Numbered from the stretch's first letter, positions 38,949 through 47,717 are shown. The stretch is 64,000 nucleotides of DNA from an uncultured bacterium (GCA_963813815.1 CAWFAD010000016.1:128001-192000), one strand, 5' to 3'. Translations and numbers: made by a program. The notes: generated from the sequence alone by a model not told the origin.

Positions 38949-40897
38949 CGGCGCGCCGCGCACTCGCCCTGATCGTCCTCGCCGCCGGGATCGCTTCGGC
39001 CCTCGAAGGCGCGCTCTCTCCGGCCGCTGGGCAGGAGCGAAAGGATCCGCGCCGGAGCGAGCGGCCTGGAAAGCCGCGGCGAAGCCCGGCCGAGCCGGGC
39101 CGGAGCGCGCTCAGCCCCGAGGCGTCGCTCCTCATCCAGCAGGCCGAGCAATACCGGCGGCTCGGGCAATGCGATCGGGCCATCCCGCTCCTCGAGGAGC
39201 TCGTGGCCCGGCATCCCCAGATCGCCGTCGCGCCGGAGATGCTCTCGTCATGCTATCTCGAGACCGGCCGGCCGGCGGATGCGGCGGGCCTGCTCGAGCG
39301 GATGCTCGCCGCCGAGCCGGAGCGTCTCGCCTACATCCGGGATCTCGGCACCGCGTATCTCGATCTCGGCCGCCGGGCGGACGCGATCGCGACGTGGCGC
39401 CGCGCTCTCGACATAGGCGAGGAGAACGGCCCGCTCTACGGGGTCGTCGCCAAGCTCGAGCAGGAGGCCGGTCTGTACGACGAAGCGATCGCGACGTACC
39501 GGGAGGGGAGCGCGCACGCGGCCTTTCTGGAGCAGTACTCGAACGAGATCGTGCGGCTCGAGCGCGTGCTGGGGCGGCCGGAAAACGCCCTTCGCGAGCT
39601 CCTCCGCGCCATGGATCGGCGCGAGGCGTCGATCGATGCGGAGCTGCGAACGGCCGTCGCGATCTATCGCGACGCGAAGAGCCGCGACGGGCTCGCCGCG
39701 CTCGTCGATTCGGCGGCGGCCGCGGGCGGTGGACGGGCCGGCGCCTTCCGGGCGCTCAGGATGGCGTACCTCATCGAGGAGGGGCGCGCCGGCGAGGCGC
39801 GGGCCGAGCTCCTCGGAGCGGGGGCGCCGGAGCCCTCGGAGCGGGAGCTCCGCGCGATCCTGATGCACGTGGCGCGCGCGCGGGGGAGCGGGGAGAATCC
39901 CGGGTACGGCGAGTTCTTCGCCGCCGTGGCGAGGCGCTTTCTCGATCGGCACCCGGCCTCGCCGCACGCCCCGGAGATCATGCTCATGCTCGCGGAGAGC
40001 GTGCGCGAGAGCGCCCGGCGCTCGACTGGCGCGGCCCGGGCGGCGGCGCTCGACGACGCCCTTTCGCTCGCGGCCACGGCTCGTGATCACGCGCTCGGCG
40101 CGCCGTACCGGGAGCGCGCGTCCGCGATCAGGGCGGAAATACTCTTCGAGGACCTCCGCAGGAGCGACGACGCGCTCCGCGAGCTCGCGAGAATCCCGGA
40201 GCGCGCCTTCGCGCGCTCCCTCGGGGCGAAGGAGCTCCGCATGCGCGCCCTGCTCGCATCCGCCGACGGGGACGCCGCCGCTCGGGCCCTCTCGGGCCTC
40301 GCGGCCGATCCGGATTCGAACGCCGCGCGCATCGGCGAGTACGGGCTCGCGGCGCTCGCCTTTCGGCGCGGGGCGTACGAGGCGTCCGTGAAATCTTTTT
40401 CGGATCTCGCCGAAAGGCATTCCGCGAGCCAGTGGGCGAACGACGCCCTCGAGGCGGCGCTCGAGATCCGCGCCGCGCTCCCGGAGGGAAAGGCGCCGCT
40501 CGATCTCTACCGGGCCGCGGTCGTCGCGGCCGAGCGGGGCGAGAGCGCCGCCGCGGCCGATTCCCTCGCGGCCCTCGAGCGCCGGCATCCGGAGTCGGTC
40601 CTCGTGCCGCGCGCCGTCTTCATGCGCGCTGAGATCGAGGCGGCGGAGGGCCGGGCCGGCGAGGCTCGGGCGGATTTCGGGCGCGTGGCGGAGAGATTTC
40701 CGGAGCACGAGCTCGCCCCGCGCGCCCTCGAGAGGCTCGCCTCGCTCGTCGAGATCGAGAACGCCGGCGAGGCGCTCGAGATCTACGGCTCGATCATGGA
40801 GCGCTATCCGGAGTACCCTTTCATGGAGAGGGTTCGCGAACGGTACGTGACGCTCGGCGCGTCGAAGGGCGCGGCGGGCGGGAAAGGCTCGAAATGA
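38945..40897 (+). CDS. Secreted TPR-repeat protein
   Basis: Signal peptide and multiple TPR-like helical repeats. Confidence 0.8.
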   Translation: MTARRALALIVLAAGIASALEGALSPAAGQERKDPRRSERPGKPRRSPAEPGRSALSPEASLLIQQAEQYRRLGQCDRAIPLLEELVARHPQIAVAPEMLSSCYLETGRPADAAGLLERMLAAEPERLAYIRDLGTAYLDLGRRADAIATWRRALDIGEENGPLYGVVAKLEQEAGLYDEAIATYREGSAHAAFLEQYSNEIVRLERVLGRPENALRELLRAMDRREASIDAELRTAVAIYRDAKSRDGLAALVDSAAAAGGGRAGAFRALRMAYLIEEGRAGEARAELLGAGAPEPSERELRAILMHVARARGSGENPGYGEFFAAVARRFLDRHPASPHAPEIMLMLAESVRESARRSTGAARAAALDDALSLAATARDHALGAPYRERASAIRAEILFEDLRRSDDALRELARIPERAFARSLGAKELRMRALLASADGDAAARALSGLAADPDSNAARIGEYGLAALAFRRGAYEASVKSFSDLAERHSASQWANDALEAALEIRAALPEGKAPLDLYRAAVVAAERGESAAAADSLAALERRHPESVLVPRAVFMRAEIEAAEGRAGEARADFGRVAERFPEHELAPRALERLASLVEIENAGEALEIYGSIMERYPEYPFMERVRERYVTLGASKGAAGGKGSK

Positions 40898-42195
40898 CGT
40901 GCGCCCTGCCTGTCGATTCGACGGGCCGGCGCCGCGCGGCGCTCGTGCTCGCGGCGCTCGCGCTCGCCGCGGCGCTTCTCGCGCCGGGGGCGGCGCTCGC
41001 CGATTACCTCGTGCCGATGGATCTCTCGCAGACGAATCACCTGCGGGCCTACGGCCTCGCGTACGACGCGCTCGCCGGGGGCGGGAACGTGCGATGGCTC
41101 CTCAACTACCGCGGCGGATCGTTTCTGCTGCCCGAAAGGGCGGGTCTCGCGCGCGACGCGGAGGCCCGCGGCGTGCGGATCGAGCGGGCCGACGGCGCGG
41201 CCGTCGCGGCGATGCTCCGGGAAATCAGCGAGAGCAACGCCGAGGTGATCCTGCTCGAAAAAGCTCCGGCGATAGCGATCTACGCCCCGCCGAACAAGCA
41301 GCCGTGGGACGACGCCGTCATGCTCGCCCTGAGCTACGCCGGCATTCCCTATACCGTGGTGTACGACCGGGAGGTGCTCGCTGGCGAGCTCGAGAAGTAC
41401 GACTGGCTGCATCTCCACCACGAGGACTTCACCGGGCAGTACGGCAAGTTCTACGGCGGGTTTCGCATGCAGGAGTGGTACGTGCAGGAGCAGATCATGA
41501 GCGAGCGGCTCGCCGCGGCGCTCGGATTCGACAAGGTTTCGGAGGAAAAGAAGGCCGTGGCCCGCGCGATCCGCGAGTACGTGCGCGCGGGGGGATTTCT
41601 CTTCGCGATGTGCTCGGCGACCGACAGCTTCGACATCGCGCTCGCGGCGGAAGGGATCGACGTCGTGCCGCGCGAGTACGACCACGACGGCACGACGCCG
41701 GACGCCCAGTCGAAGCTCGACTTCTCCCGGTGCCTCGCCTTCGAGAATTTCACGCTCATCATGAACCCCCTCGTCTACGAGTTCTCCGACATCGACATGA
41801 CGCCGCAGGCGGCGGCGAGAGGCGAGTCGCGCGACTACTTCACGCTCTTCGAGTTCTCCGCCAAGTACGATCCCGTGCCGACGATGCTCGTGCAGAACCA
41901 CGTCTCCGTCGTGAAGGGGTTCATGGGGCAGACGACGTCTTTCAACAGGGCCGCGATGAAAAAGAAAGTGCTCGTGCTCGGCGAGGTGCGGGGGGAGGAC
42001 GAGGCGCGGTACATTCACGGCAACTTCGGCATGGGGACCTTCACGTTTCTCGGCGGGCACGACCCCGAGGACTACGAGCATCTCGTCGGCGACCCGCCGA
42101 CCGACCTCGGCCTCCACGCGGGTTCGCCGGGGTACCGGCTCATTTTGAACAATATCCTCTTCCCGGCCGCGAAGAAAAAGGAGCAGAAAACGTGA
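40894..42195 (+). CDS. Conserved FCB-group protein with GATase-like fold (often labelled 'asparagine synthetase B')
   Basis: WLLNYRGGSF, PWDDAV, DWLHLHHEDFTGQYGKFY, MCSATDSFD and GGHDPEDY. Confidence 0.8.
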   Translation: MTCALPVDSTGRRRAALVLAALALAAALLAPGAALADYLVPMDLSQTNHLRAYGLAYDALAGGGNVRWLLNYRGGSFLLPERAGLARDAEARGVRIERADGAAVAAMLREISESNAEVILLEKAPAIAIYAPPNKQPWDDAVMLALSYAGIPYTVVYDREVLAGELEKYDWLHLHHEDFTGQYGKFYGGFRMQEWYVQEQIMSERLAAALGFDKVSEEKKAVARAIREYVRAGGFLFAMCSATDSFDIALAAEGIDVVPREYDHDGTTPDAQSKLDFSRCLAFENFTLIMNPLVYEFSDIDMTPQAAARGESRDYFTLFEFSAKYDPVPTMLVQNHVSVVKGFMGQTTSFNRAAMKKKVLVLGEVRGEDEARYIHGNFGMGTFTFLGGHDPEDYEHLVGDPPTDLGLHAGSPGYRLILNNILFPAAKKKEQKT

Positions 42196-42563
42196 GCAGA
42201 TACGTCGTTCCTCTCCTGCTGCTCGTCTCGGGGGTGGCGCTCGCGGGCGCGGGGCTCGTCGCGGTCGCCGTCATGAAGGAGGCGACGCCGCTCTTCGCGT
42301 TCGCCGTCCTGGCCGCCGGCGTCCTCGACGGGGTGACGGGAATCGCGTGGACGGCGGCGAGAGTTCTCTGGGGGAAGCCGGCGCCGCGGGAAGCCGCCGG
42401 CCCGGCGGGAGCCTCGATCGAGGCCGAGCGCGAGCGGGACAGGCAGCGGCTCATGCTCCTCGCCACGGGGTCGCTCGCGATATTATTTCTGTGCATCCTC
42501 GCGGCCGTGGCTTTTTATATGCCGTTGATTATTCGATGGATACGAGCGAGCGGGCTTTGGTGA
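42192..42563 (+). CDS. Hypothetical 3-TM membrane protein
   Basis: GTG start overlaps the upstream stop; hydrophobic helices. Confidence 0.65.
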   Translation: MSRYVVPLLLLVSGVALAGAGLVAVAVMKEATPLFAFAVLAAGVLDGVTGIAWTAARVLWGKPAPREAAGPAGASIEAERERDRQRLMLLATGSLAILFLCILAAVAFYMPLIIRWIRASGLW

Positions 42564-42719
42564 GGGGCGCGCCGGCGGGCGTTTCGGCGCAGGGATTTCG
42601 GGTCGCGGGCGATACTATATAATGTTGGGTTGATCGCGGAGCCCTGCCCGCGCCCTCGATCGCCGGGCGCCGGGATGGGCTAACACAGAATCGGGATTGC
42701 CGTTAGGAAAGGAGCTCTC

Positions 42720-43454
42720 GTGAAAAAGGCTTTGGTCGTCGCAACGGTGCTGTGTCTCATCATGCCAGCTCTCCTCTTCGCTCAGGAGGGGGAGAAAAAG
42801 CCGCCGACGCCGCTTCAGGTGTACCTCGGCGAGAAGAACGCGGCCAATTTCGCGGGCGCGCACGACGCGTATCTCGCGCAGATCAAGGATACGATGAACT
42901 GGAGCTCCGTCACCTCCCTCGCGTGGCTCCACATGTTCGAGCTCGACCGGTATCTCGAGCTCTTGAAGGAGCACGAGGGCGAGCTCAAGAACATGCAGAA
43001 GTTTCAGTACGCGAACATGCTGCTCGAGTTGAATCGCCACGAGGACGCGATCGCGGAGTACGAGAAGCTGAACGAGGCGAGCCCGAAGTGGTCGTGCCCG
43101 TGGCGGCACAAGGGCGAGGCCTATTTCAAAATGAAGAACTACGCCGAGGCCGAGACGGCGCTCCTCAAGGCCATCGAGACGCGCGTCGAACATTACGACG
43201 CCTACATGTGGCTCTCCGAGGTGTATCTCGCTTGGGGACAGTACGACAAGGGTCTCGACATCTTCGGGAAGGGCATGGCGCAGTACGGCAAGGACATCGA
43301 GGATCCCGAGAAGGAATATAGCAGCGCGCACGCGGCGTTCATCCATCTCGACCTCTTGAAGGGCGCGGGGAAGGCGAACACCGAGGCCTACAAGCACGCG
43401 CTCGAGCACGCGAAGAAGCTCGCCCCCGAGGACGAGCGGCTCAAGAGCTACTGA
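42720..43454 (+). CDS. Secreted TPR protein
   Basis: AAAGGAG RBS; signal peptide; TPR motifs. Confidence 0.8.
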   Translation: MKKALVVATVLCLIMPALLFAQEGEKKPPTPLQVYLGEKNAANFAGAHDAYLAQIKDTMNWSSVTSLAWLHMFELDRYLELLKEHEGELKNMQKFQYANMLLELNRHEDAIAEYEKLNEASPKWSCPWRHKGEAYFKMKNYAEAETALLKAIETRVEHYDAYMWLSEVYLAWGQYDKGLDIFGKGMAQYGKDIEDPEKEYSSAHAAFIHLDLLKGAGKANTEAYKHALEHAKKLAPEDERLKSY

Positions 43455-43501
43455 GATAGCAGCGATCGCTTCGCTCACGCCGAGATCGATCTCGGCGCGC
43501 G

Positions 43502-43534
43502 GCCCCCGGCTCCGAGAGAGCCGGGGGCTTTTTT
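43502..43534 (+). terminator. Rho-independent terminator just before the cassette array
   Basis: GCCCCCGGCTC/GAGCCGGGGGC stem followed by T6. Confidence 0.85.
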
Positions 43535-43565
43535 GTGCGCCCGCGGGCTCCATCATCAAAGCCCA

Positions 43566-43594
43566 TTGCCTAAGAGCTTGATCAGTGGTAGAAT
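43566..43594 (+). promoter_or_regulatory. Candidate array (Pc-like) promoter
   Basis: TTGCCT-N17-TAGAAT with extended -10 TG. Confidence 0.55.
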
Positions 43595-43735
43595 GCTTTC
43601 CGTACTAGGGGGCAGGGAATATTTGCCATAACAACTTCTGGCGTAGCACCATTTCTTACCCTTAAATGGCGGGTTTGATGTTTGGCAGGCGAGTGCCAGC
43701 CCGGGCTCGCATAGCCAATCACAGAGGAGGGTGTC

Positions 43736-43990
43736 ATGCCGGAGCAGGCTCCAAAGTTCTACAAGAACCCAACAACGGCCACCATTTTGTCGTTTCTAGT
43801 CATGGGGCTTGGCCAGATCTATAATGGACAGATTGGCAAGGGCATTCTATTCATCGTTCTATATGGCATTTCCATTGCCCTGATGTATGCAATTATCGGC
43901 TTTATTACTACGCCGATTCTGTGGATTTGGGGCATGATAGATGCGAATAAATCGGCAAACCGCATTAACAAAGAAATTGCGGCGAAGTGA
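43736..43990 (+). CDS. Cassette 1: TM2-like small membrane protein
   Basis: KNPTTATILSFLVMGLGQIYNGQIGKG; GAGGAGG RBS. Confidence 0.8.
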   Translation: MPEQAPKFYKNPTTATILSFLVMGLGQIYNGQIGKGILFIVLYGISIALMYAIIGFITTPILWIWGMIDANKSANRINKEIAAK

Positions 43991-44053
43991 TTCTATATCG
44001 ACTCACATCAAGTTGACCTGTTCTTGATGTAGCCGTGAATTAGCTGTGTTCCA

Positions 44054-44165
44054 GCCCAACTCCGCATGCAGCTGGCAGCCGTTGCCGTCACGTCGCCTGC
44101 AGGGCGCGCGGCGCGCCGGCTCGCCGGGGCGGCGGACGCGGCCGCAGCTGATGCCGACGTTAGGC
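44054..44165 (+). repeat. attC site (112-bp family)
   Basis: GCCCAAC...GCAGCTG...GCAGCTGA...GTTAGGC. Confidence 0.9.
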
Positions 44166-44202
44166 GGCGATTATCGCAGTCGATCTGATCCAAGGAGGAA
44201 CA

Positions 44203-44622
44203 ATGATGCACTCGTGGCGACAGCGCATTCTCATGTTGGGGGCAGCACTGATGCTGGTTTCGGCCGCCATCGTGGCATTCGGCGTGATTCCACTTGTCCG
44301 TGCGGACACGTTTCCCGGCGTCGCGGAAGGCCAGGCAGTTCCTGCCTTCTGGGGAAACGTGCTGCTTCTCCTCTTGGTGGCGGCGGCAGCCGTTACCTCC
44401 TCGCGCCTCGGGTCGAATCGTGCCACTCTGCGTCGTGCGCTCGCGGGCGTACCTGGGCTTCTGGCCCTGGTCCTCGGGTTGCTACTCATCGATGCCGCCA
44501 CCGCCTTCTCGGGGCACGGCCCCAGCATGCACGGAGCGGTTGTAGCACTCTGGGTGTGTGTTTGCCTCGATGTCGCTGCGGGCATAGGGATGGTCGGTTC
44601 GGCGTTCGCGCGGCAGGGTTGA
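44203..44622 (+). CDS. Cassette 2: 4-TM membrane protein
   Basis: AAGGAGG RBS; hydrophobic helices. Confidence 0.75.
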   Translation: MMHSWRQRILMLGAALMLVSAAIVAFGVIPLVRADTFPGVAEGQAVPAFWGNVLLLLLVAAAAVTSSRLGSNRATLRRALAGVPGLLALVLGLLLIDAATAFSGHGPSMHGAVVALWVCVCLDVAAGIGMVGSAFARQG

Positions 44623-44667
44623 TCACGTGACCGCTCGCTGCTGAGCGATCCGCAGAGAGCCGATGAT

Positions 44668-44762
44668 GCCTAACTCTCGATGCAGCGGGCGGTCCAGCGC
44701 GTCACGACCCTTGCAGGGCAAGGGATCGCGCCGCTTATCCGCAGCTGATCGATGCGTTATAC
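44668..44762 (+). repeat. attC site
   Basis: GCCTAAC...TCGATGCAGC / GCAGCTGATCGA...GTTATAC. Confidence 0.85.
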
Positions 44763-44810
44763 GGACGGGGAACAAGAAAAGTGACTCTGTCTTATTGAAA
44801 GGAGAAGAGA

Positions 44811-44963
44811 ATGGGTTTGAGATACTTAGGCTTCTTGGGAGTGCTTGGATTCCTGGGCTTCCTGGGGATGCGAGAGGGCGCAGAGGCGCTCTATGGGCTC
44901 TTCGGTCTATTTGGGTTCTATGGCTTTTTTGGATTTCCAGGAAGCCCGAAGAAACCCAATTAA
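44811..44963 (+). CDS. Cassette 3: 50-aa Gly/Phe/Leu-repeat membrane peptide (not in ORF track)
   Basis: AAAGGAG RBS; MGLRYLGFLGVLGFLGFLGMREGAEALYGLFGLFGFYGFFGFPGSPKKPN. Confidence 0.75.
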   Translation: MGLRYLGFLGVLGFLGFLGMREGAEALYGLFGLFGFYGFFGFPGSPKKPN

Positions 44964-45007
44964 TTGTGCTGCGATTCAATGGATCTGTGCCTTTGTTGCA
45001 GCATGCC

Positions 45008-45105
45008 GTCTAACTCCGCGTGCAGCAGACGGCCACCGCACGGACGTTGGATGAGATTTGAGACCGTGTGCAGGCGGCGGACCACTGCTGACGCTTGCGT
45101 TAGCC
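45008..45105 (+). repeat. attC site
   Basis: GTCTAAC...GCGTGCAGCAG / CTGCTGACGC...GTTAGCC. Confidence 0.88.
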
Positions 45106-45130
45106 GGACAATGAAAGAAAGGTGATAAGT

Positions 45131-45325
45131 GTGACTAAGCGGAAAGCGGGTGTGTGGCTGTTTGCCGCAACCAGCGTCATTTCCTTCATCGCAGCCCTCA
45201 TTCCCGTGGTCAAAGGTGAGGGACCGAACGGTGTGTTCCTCGGGTCGGGCACTGTGTTCCTCGTGATCGCCATCGCGAGCGCCAGAAGAGCCCGTGGTCG
45301 AGGAAACGGTCCACCCGTCGGCTAA
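45131..45325 (+). CDS. Cassette 4: small 2-TM protein
   Basis: Stop TAA lies inside the attC R'' box (GGCTAAC). Confidence 0.7.
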   Translation: MTKRKAGVWLFAATSVISFIAALIPVVKGEGPNGVFLGSGTVFLVIAIASARRARGRGNGPPVG

Positions 45326-45385
45326 CACGGCAATGAAGCTCCCGGTTGACTGCGGCGCCCGCAGCTTATTGCAAGGCCGTTAGGC
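45320..45385 (+). repeat. Short attC site (66 bp, different type)
   Basis: GGCTAAC-ACGGCAATGAAGCT...AGCTTATTGC-AAGGCC-GTTAGGC. Confidence 0.9.
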
Positions 45386-45397
45386 GGGCAACTGGAC

Positions 45398-45703
45398 ATG
45401 AGTATCAAAGTGCAGATTCTATATACCGAGGGATGCGAGCACACTCCTGCGACGGCGGCGCAGGTTCGAAGTGTTGCCGAAGAAATGGGGATCAATATAG
45501 ATCTCGAGATGGTTCTTGTGGAAAACGAAGCACAGGCAAAAGGGCTTAATTTTGCTGGAAGTCCAACGGTGCGAGTCAATGGTAAAGACATAGATCCAAA
45601 TGCGCGTTCAAATGGAATCGCGGGATTATCGTGAAGAACATATCAGGCATCGGGAATGCCTACGGGAGATATGATACGGAAAGCATTTGAAGAGGCCGTC
45701 TAA
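45398..45703 (+). CDS. Cassette 5: thioredoxin-fold probable selenoprotein (TGA 45632-45634 = Sec), 101 aa
   Basis: LYTEGCEH...FAGSPTVRVNGKDID...GLS-U-RTYQASGMPTGDMIRKAFEEAV; read-through ends on the TAA inside the attC. Confidence 0.8.
45645..45661 (+). promoter_or_regulatory. Putative bacterial SECIS hairpin
   Basis: AGGCAT-CGGGA-ATGCCT begins 10 nt after the TGA; G-rich apical loop. Confidence 0.65.
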
Positions 45704-45810
45704 CTCCGCATGCAGCTGACGGCCGCTGCCGTCGCGCCGCCTGCTCGAGCACGCGGCGCGCCGGCCCGCCGGGGCGGCGGAAGCGGCCGCAGCTGACACT
45801 TGCGTTGGAT
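45698..45810 (+). repeat. attC site (112-bp family)
   Basis: GTCTAAC...GTTGGAT. Confidence 0.92.
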
Positions 45811-45828
45811 GTATAAGGAGGAAGCACA

Positions 45829-46395
45829 TTGACATCGAAGGCAATTGTCCCCCTGCTGATTGTGGCGCTCGCTGGCAGCTCTATAAGTTTGGGGGCAAAG
45901 TCTAAGGAGCCAGCTACCGGCTGTCTTTCGATCCAGTGGCAGCGGCTCTTGGATCAAAAGGGAGAGACCTGCGAGCGTTGCAGCGGGACGGAGAAGGAGC
46001 TTCGCAAGGCTGTGACCATGCTGAAGCGTGCACTTCGCCCTTTGGGAATGGAGGTGACGCTCGAGAAGGATGCGTTCGGTGTCGAGAAAGCTAAGAACAT
46101 TCTGGATTCGAATCGCATCGTAATTGGAGGCAAGACACTCGAGGAATGGCTCAATGCGAAAACAGGATCGAGTGCTTGTGGATCGTGCTGTGCAAAGCTT
46201 GGTGAGACTGTTGAGTGCAGGACGACTACGGTGGACGGCACCACGTATGAGGTTATTCCGGCGGAGCTGATCGTCAAAGCCGGCCTCAAAGCGGCCGCGG
46301 AGGTAATGAAGGCACCGGTGCAATCCACCAGCTGTTCGAAGGACCGAGTTCCGTGTGCGCAGGGCAAGACCTGTTGTCCGAAGGCTGGATCATGA
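45829..46395 (+). CDS. Cassette 6: DUF2703-like Cys-rich protein with signal peptide
   Basis: IQWQRL...GETCERCSGT, SNRIVIGGKTLEEWL, CGSCC and ECRT. Confidence 0.8.
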   Translation: MTSKAIVPLLIVALAGSSISLGAKSKEPATGCLSIQWQRLLDQKGETCERCSGTEKELRKAVTMLKRALRPLGMEVTLEKDAFGVEKAKNILDSNRIVIGGKTLEEWLNAKTGSSACGSCCAKLGETVECRTTTVDGTTYEVIPAELIVKAGLKAAAEVMKAPVQSTSCSKDRVPCAQGKTCCPKAGS

Positions 46396-46419
46396 TCGCG
46401 GAGGCGAGTCGACGATACC

Positions 46420-46512
46420 ATCCAACTCAATGTGCAGCTGTCGACCGCCGCTTGGCGCTGGGGCATCAGAAGCTTGAACCTGCGGCGTCCGCAGCTGACA
46501 CTTGAGTTAGCT
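46420..46512 (+). repeat. attC site
   Basis: ATCCAACTCAATGTGCAGCTG...GCAGCTGACACTTGAGTTAGCT. Confidence 0.9.
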
Positions 46513-46536
46513 GCACCAAGACGACGTTATGACGCC

Positions 46537-46565
46537 TTGACATTATAGTGATATGATGCTATGAT
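46537..46565 (+). promoter_or_regulatory. Internal promoter of TA cassette 7
   Basis: TTGACA-N17-TATGAT. Confidence 0.8.
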
Positions 46566-46585
46566 TGCTTGTGGAGGTGAATTCC

Positions 46586-46819
46586 ATGAGCGAGACCACA
46601 AAGCGTTCGACAATCTACTTCAAAACGGGGCTTCACCGCGCGTTGAGGATCAAGGCCGCGGATACACAGCGCAGCCTATCCGATCTTGTGAACGATGCGG
46701 TTCAAATGGCGCTTCGCGAGGACGCCGAGGATCTGTCCGCCTTTGATGAACGAGCGAAGGAGCCGACACTCACCTATGAGGAACTCCTCAGGGATCTGAA
46801 GGCCCATGGCAAGATATAA
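46586..46819 (+). CDS. Cassette 7: CopG/RHH antitoxin
   Basis: KRSTIYF...ALRIKAA...SLSDLVNDAV; overlaps the toxin gene. Confidence 0.85.
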   Translation: MSETTKRSTIYFKTGLHRALRIKAADTQRSLSDLVNDAVQMALREDAEDLSAFDERAKEPTLTYEELLRDLKAHGKI

Positions 46820-47069
46820 GCTGGTTTTCAAGAAGTCCGTTGCCAAGGATCTTCGTTGTATCCCGAGGAAGGATGTTGCTCGCATCCTGAAGCGCATTGA
46901 AGCTCTCACTGATGATCCTCGCGCTCCGGGCTGCGAGAAACTCTCGGGGCAAGAGAGGTATCGAGTCCGTCAGGGCGTTTATCGAATCATCTATGAGATA
47001 CAAGATGATGTTCTTGTAATCGTAGTCGTGAAGGTGGGGCACAGGGGTGAAGTGTATAGGGGCACCTAA
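46806..47069 (+). CDS. relE: Cassette 7: RelE/ParE-family toxin
   Basis: FKKSVAKDL...KLSG...YRVRQGVYRIIYEI...VGHRGEVYR; stop in attC. Confidence 0.9.
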   Translation: MARYKLVFKKSVAKDLRCIPRKDVARILKRIEALTDDPRAPGCEKLSGQERYRVRQGVYRIIYEIQDDVLVIVVVKVGHRGEVYRGT

Positions 47070-47175
47070 CTCTGCATACAGGTGACGGCCGCTGCCGTCA
47101 CGCCGCCTGCGGAGCGCGCGGCGCGCCGGCCCGCCGGAGCGGCGATCACGGCCGCATCTGATGCCGGCGTTCGGT
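47064..47175 (+). repeat. attC site (112-bp family)
   Basis: ACCTAAC...GTTCGGT. Confidence 0.9.
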
Positions 47176-47236
47176 ATTTATGTTTCGTAAGGAGGCTGGC
47201 ATTCACAATGCTCGATTATTGTGAGGGAGTACGAGG

Positions 47237-47611
47237 ATGAAATTTGCTCGATGGGTATTCCGTATAGCAGGGCTCTACGGCATCATTGTTATGACGCCGA
47301 TGCTATTCATGCAGCGTCAAATGGCGCCCGGCGCCGCGCACCCCGTATATTTCTATGCTTGGGCGAGTACGAATCTGGCATGGCAGATCCTATTCCTCGT
47401 GCTGTCCATAAATCCGATTCGCTACCGCCCCATGATGCTGGTTTGTGTCCTGCAGAAGGCGTCGGCGGTGATCGCCATCCCTTGGATGTATGTCTTGGGG
47501 CGTGTTGGAGGCATGTGGCTGGGGGCCGCCATGAGCGACCTGATCTTCGCGATCATGTTTCTTGCCGCCTATCGTGCGACGGGTGGATTGTCGAATAAGG
47601 ATAATGCCTAA
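47237..47611 (+). CDS. Cassette 8: 4-TM membrane protein
   Basis: MKFARWVFRIAGLYG...PIRYRPMM; stop in attC. Confidence 0.8.
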   Translation: MKFARWVFRIAGLYGIIVMTPMLFMQRQMAPGAAHPVYFYAWASTNLAWQILFLVLSINPIRYRPMMLVCVLQKASAVIAIPWMYVLGRVGGMWLGAAMSDLIFAIMFLAAYRATGGLSNKDNA

Positions 47612-47717
47612 CTCCGCATACAGCTGAGGGCCGCTGCCGTTACGCCGCCTGCGGAGCGCGCGGCGCGCCGACCCGCCGGGGCGGCGGATGCAGCCGCAGC
47701 TGACACTGGCGTTAGAT
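47606..47717 (+). repeat. attC site (112-bp family)
   Basis: GCCTAAC...GTTAGAT. Confidence 0.92.

Noticed and set aside
42678..42708. GGCTAAC...GTTAGGA as an attC site
   Set aside because: Only about 31 bp with no L boxes, and it overlaps the RBS region of a host-like gene.
43683..43697. sigma54 promoter (TGGCAG...TGC)
   Set aside because: GG-to-GC spacing is 9 rather than 10.
44620..44673. Second Sec read-through: TGA 44620 is also in frame with the attC TAA
   Set aside because: Membrane protein with no redox motif or Cys-type context and no clear SECIS hairpin; the frame match has a one-in-three chance.
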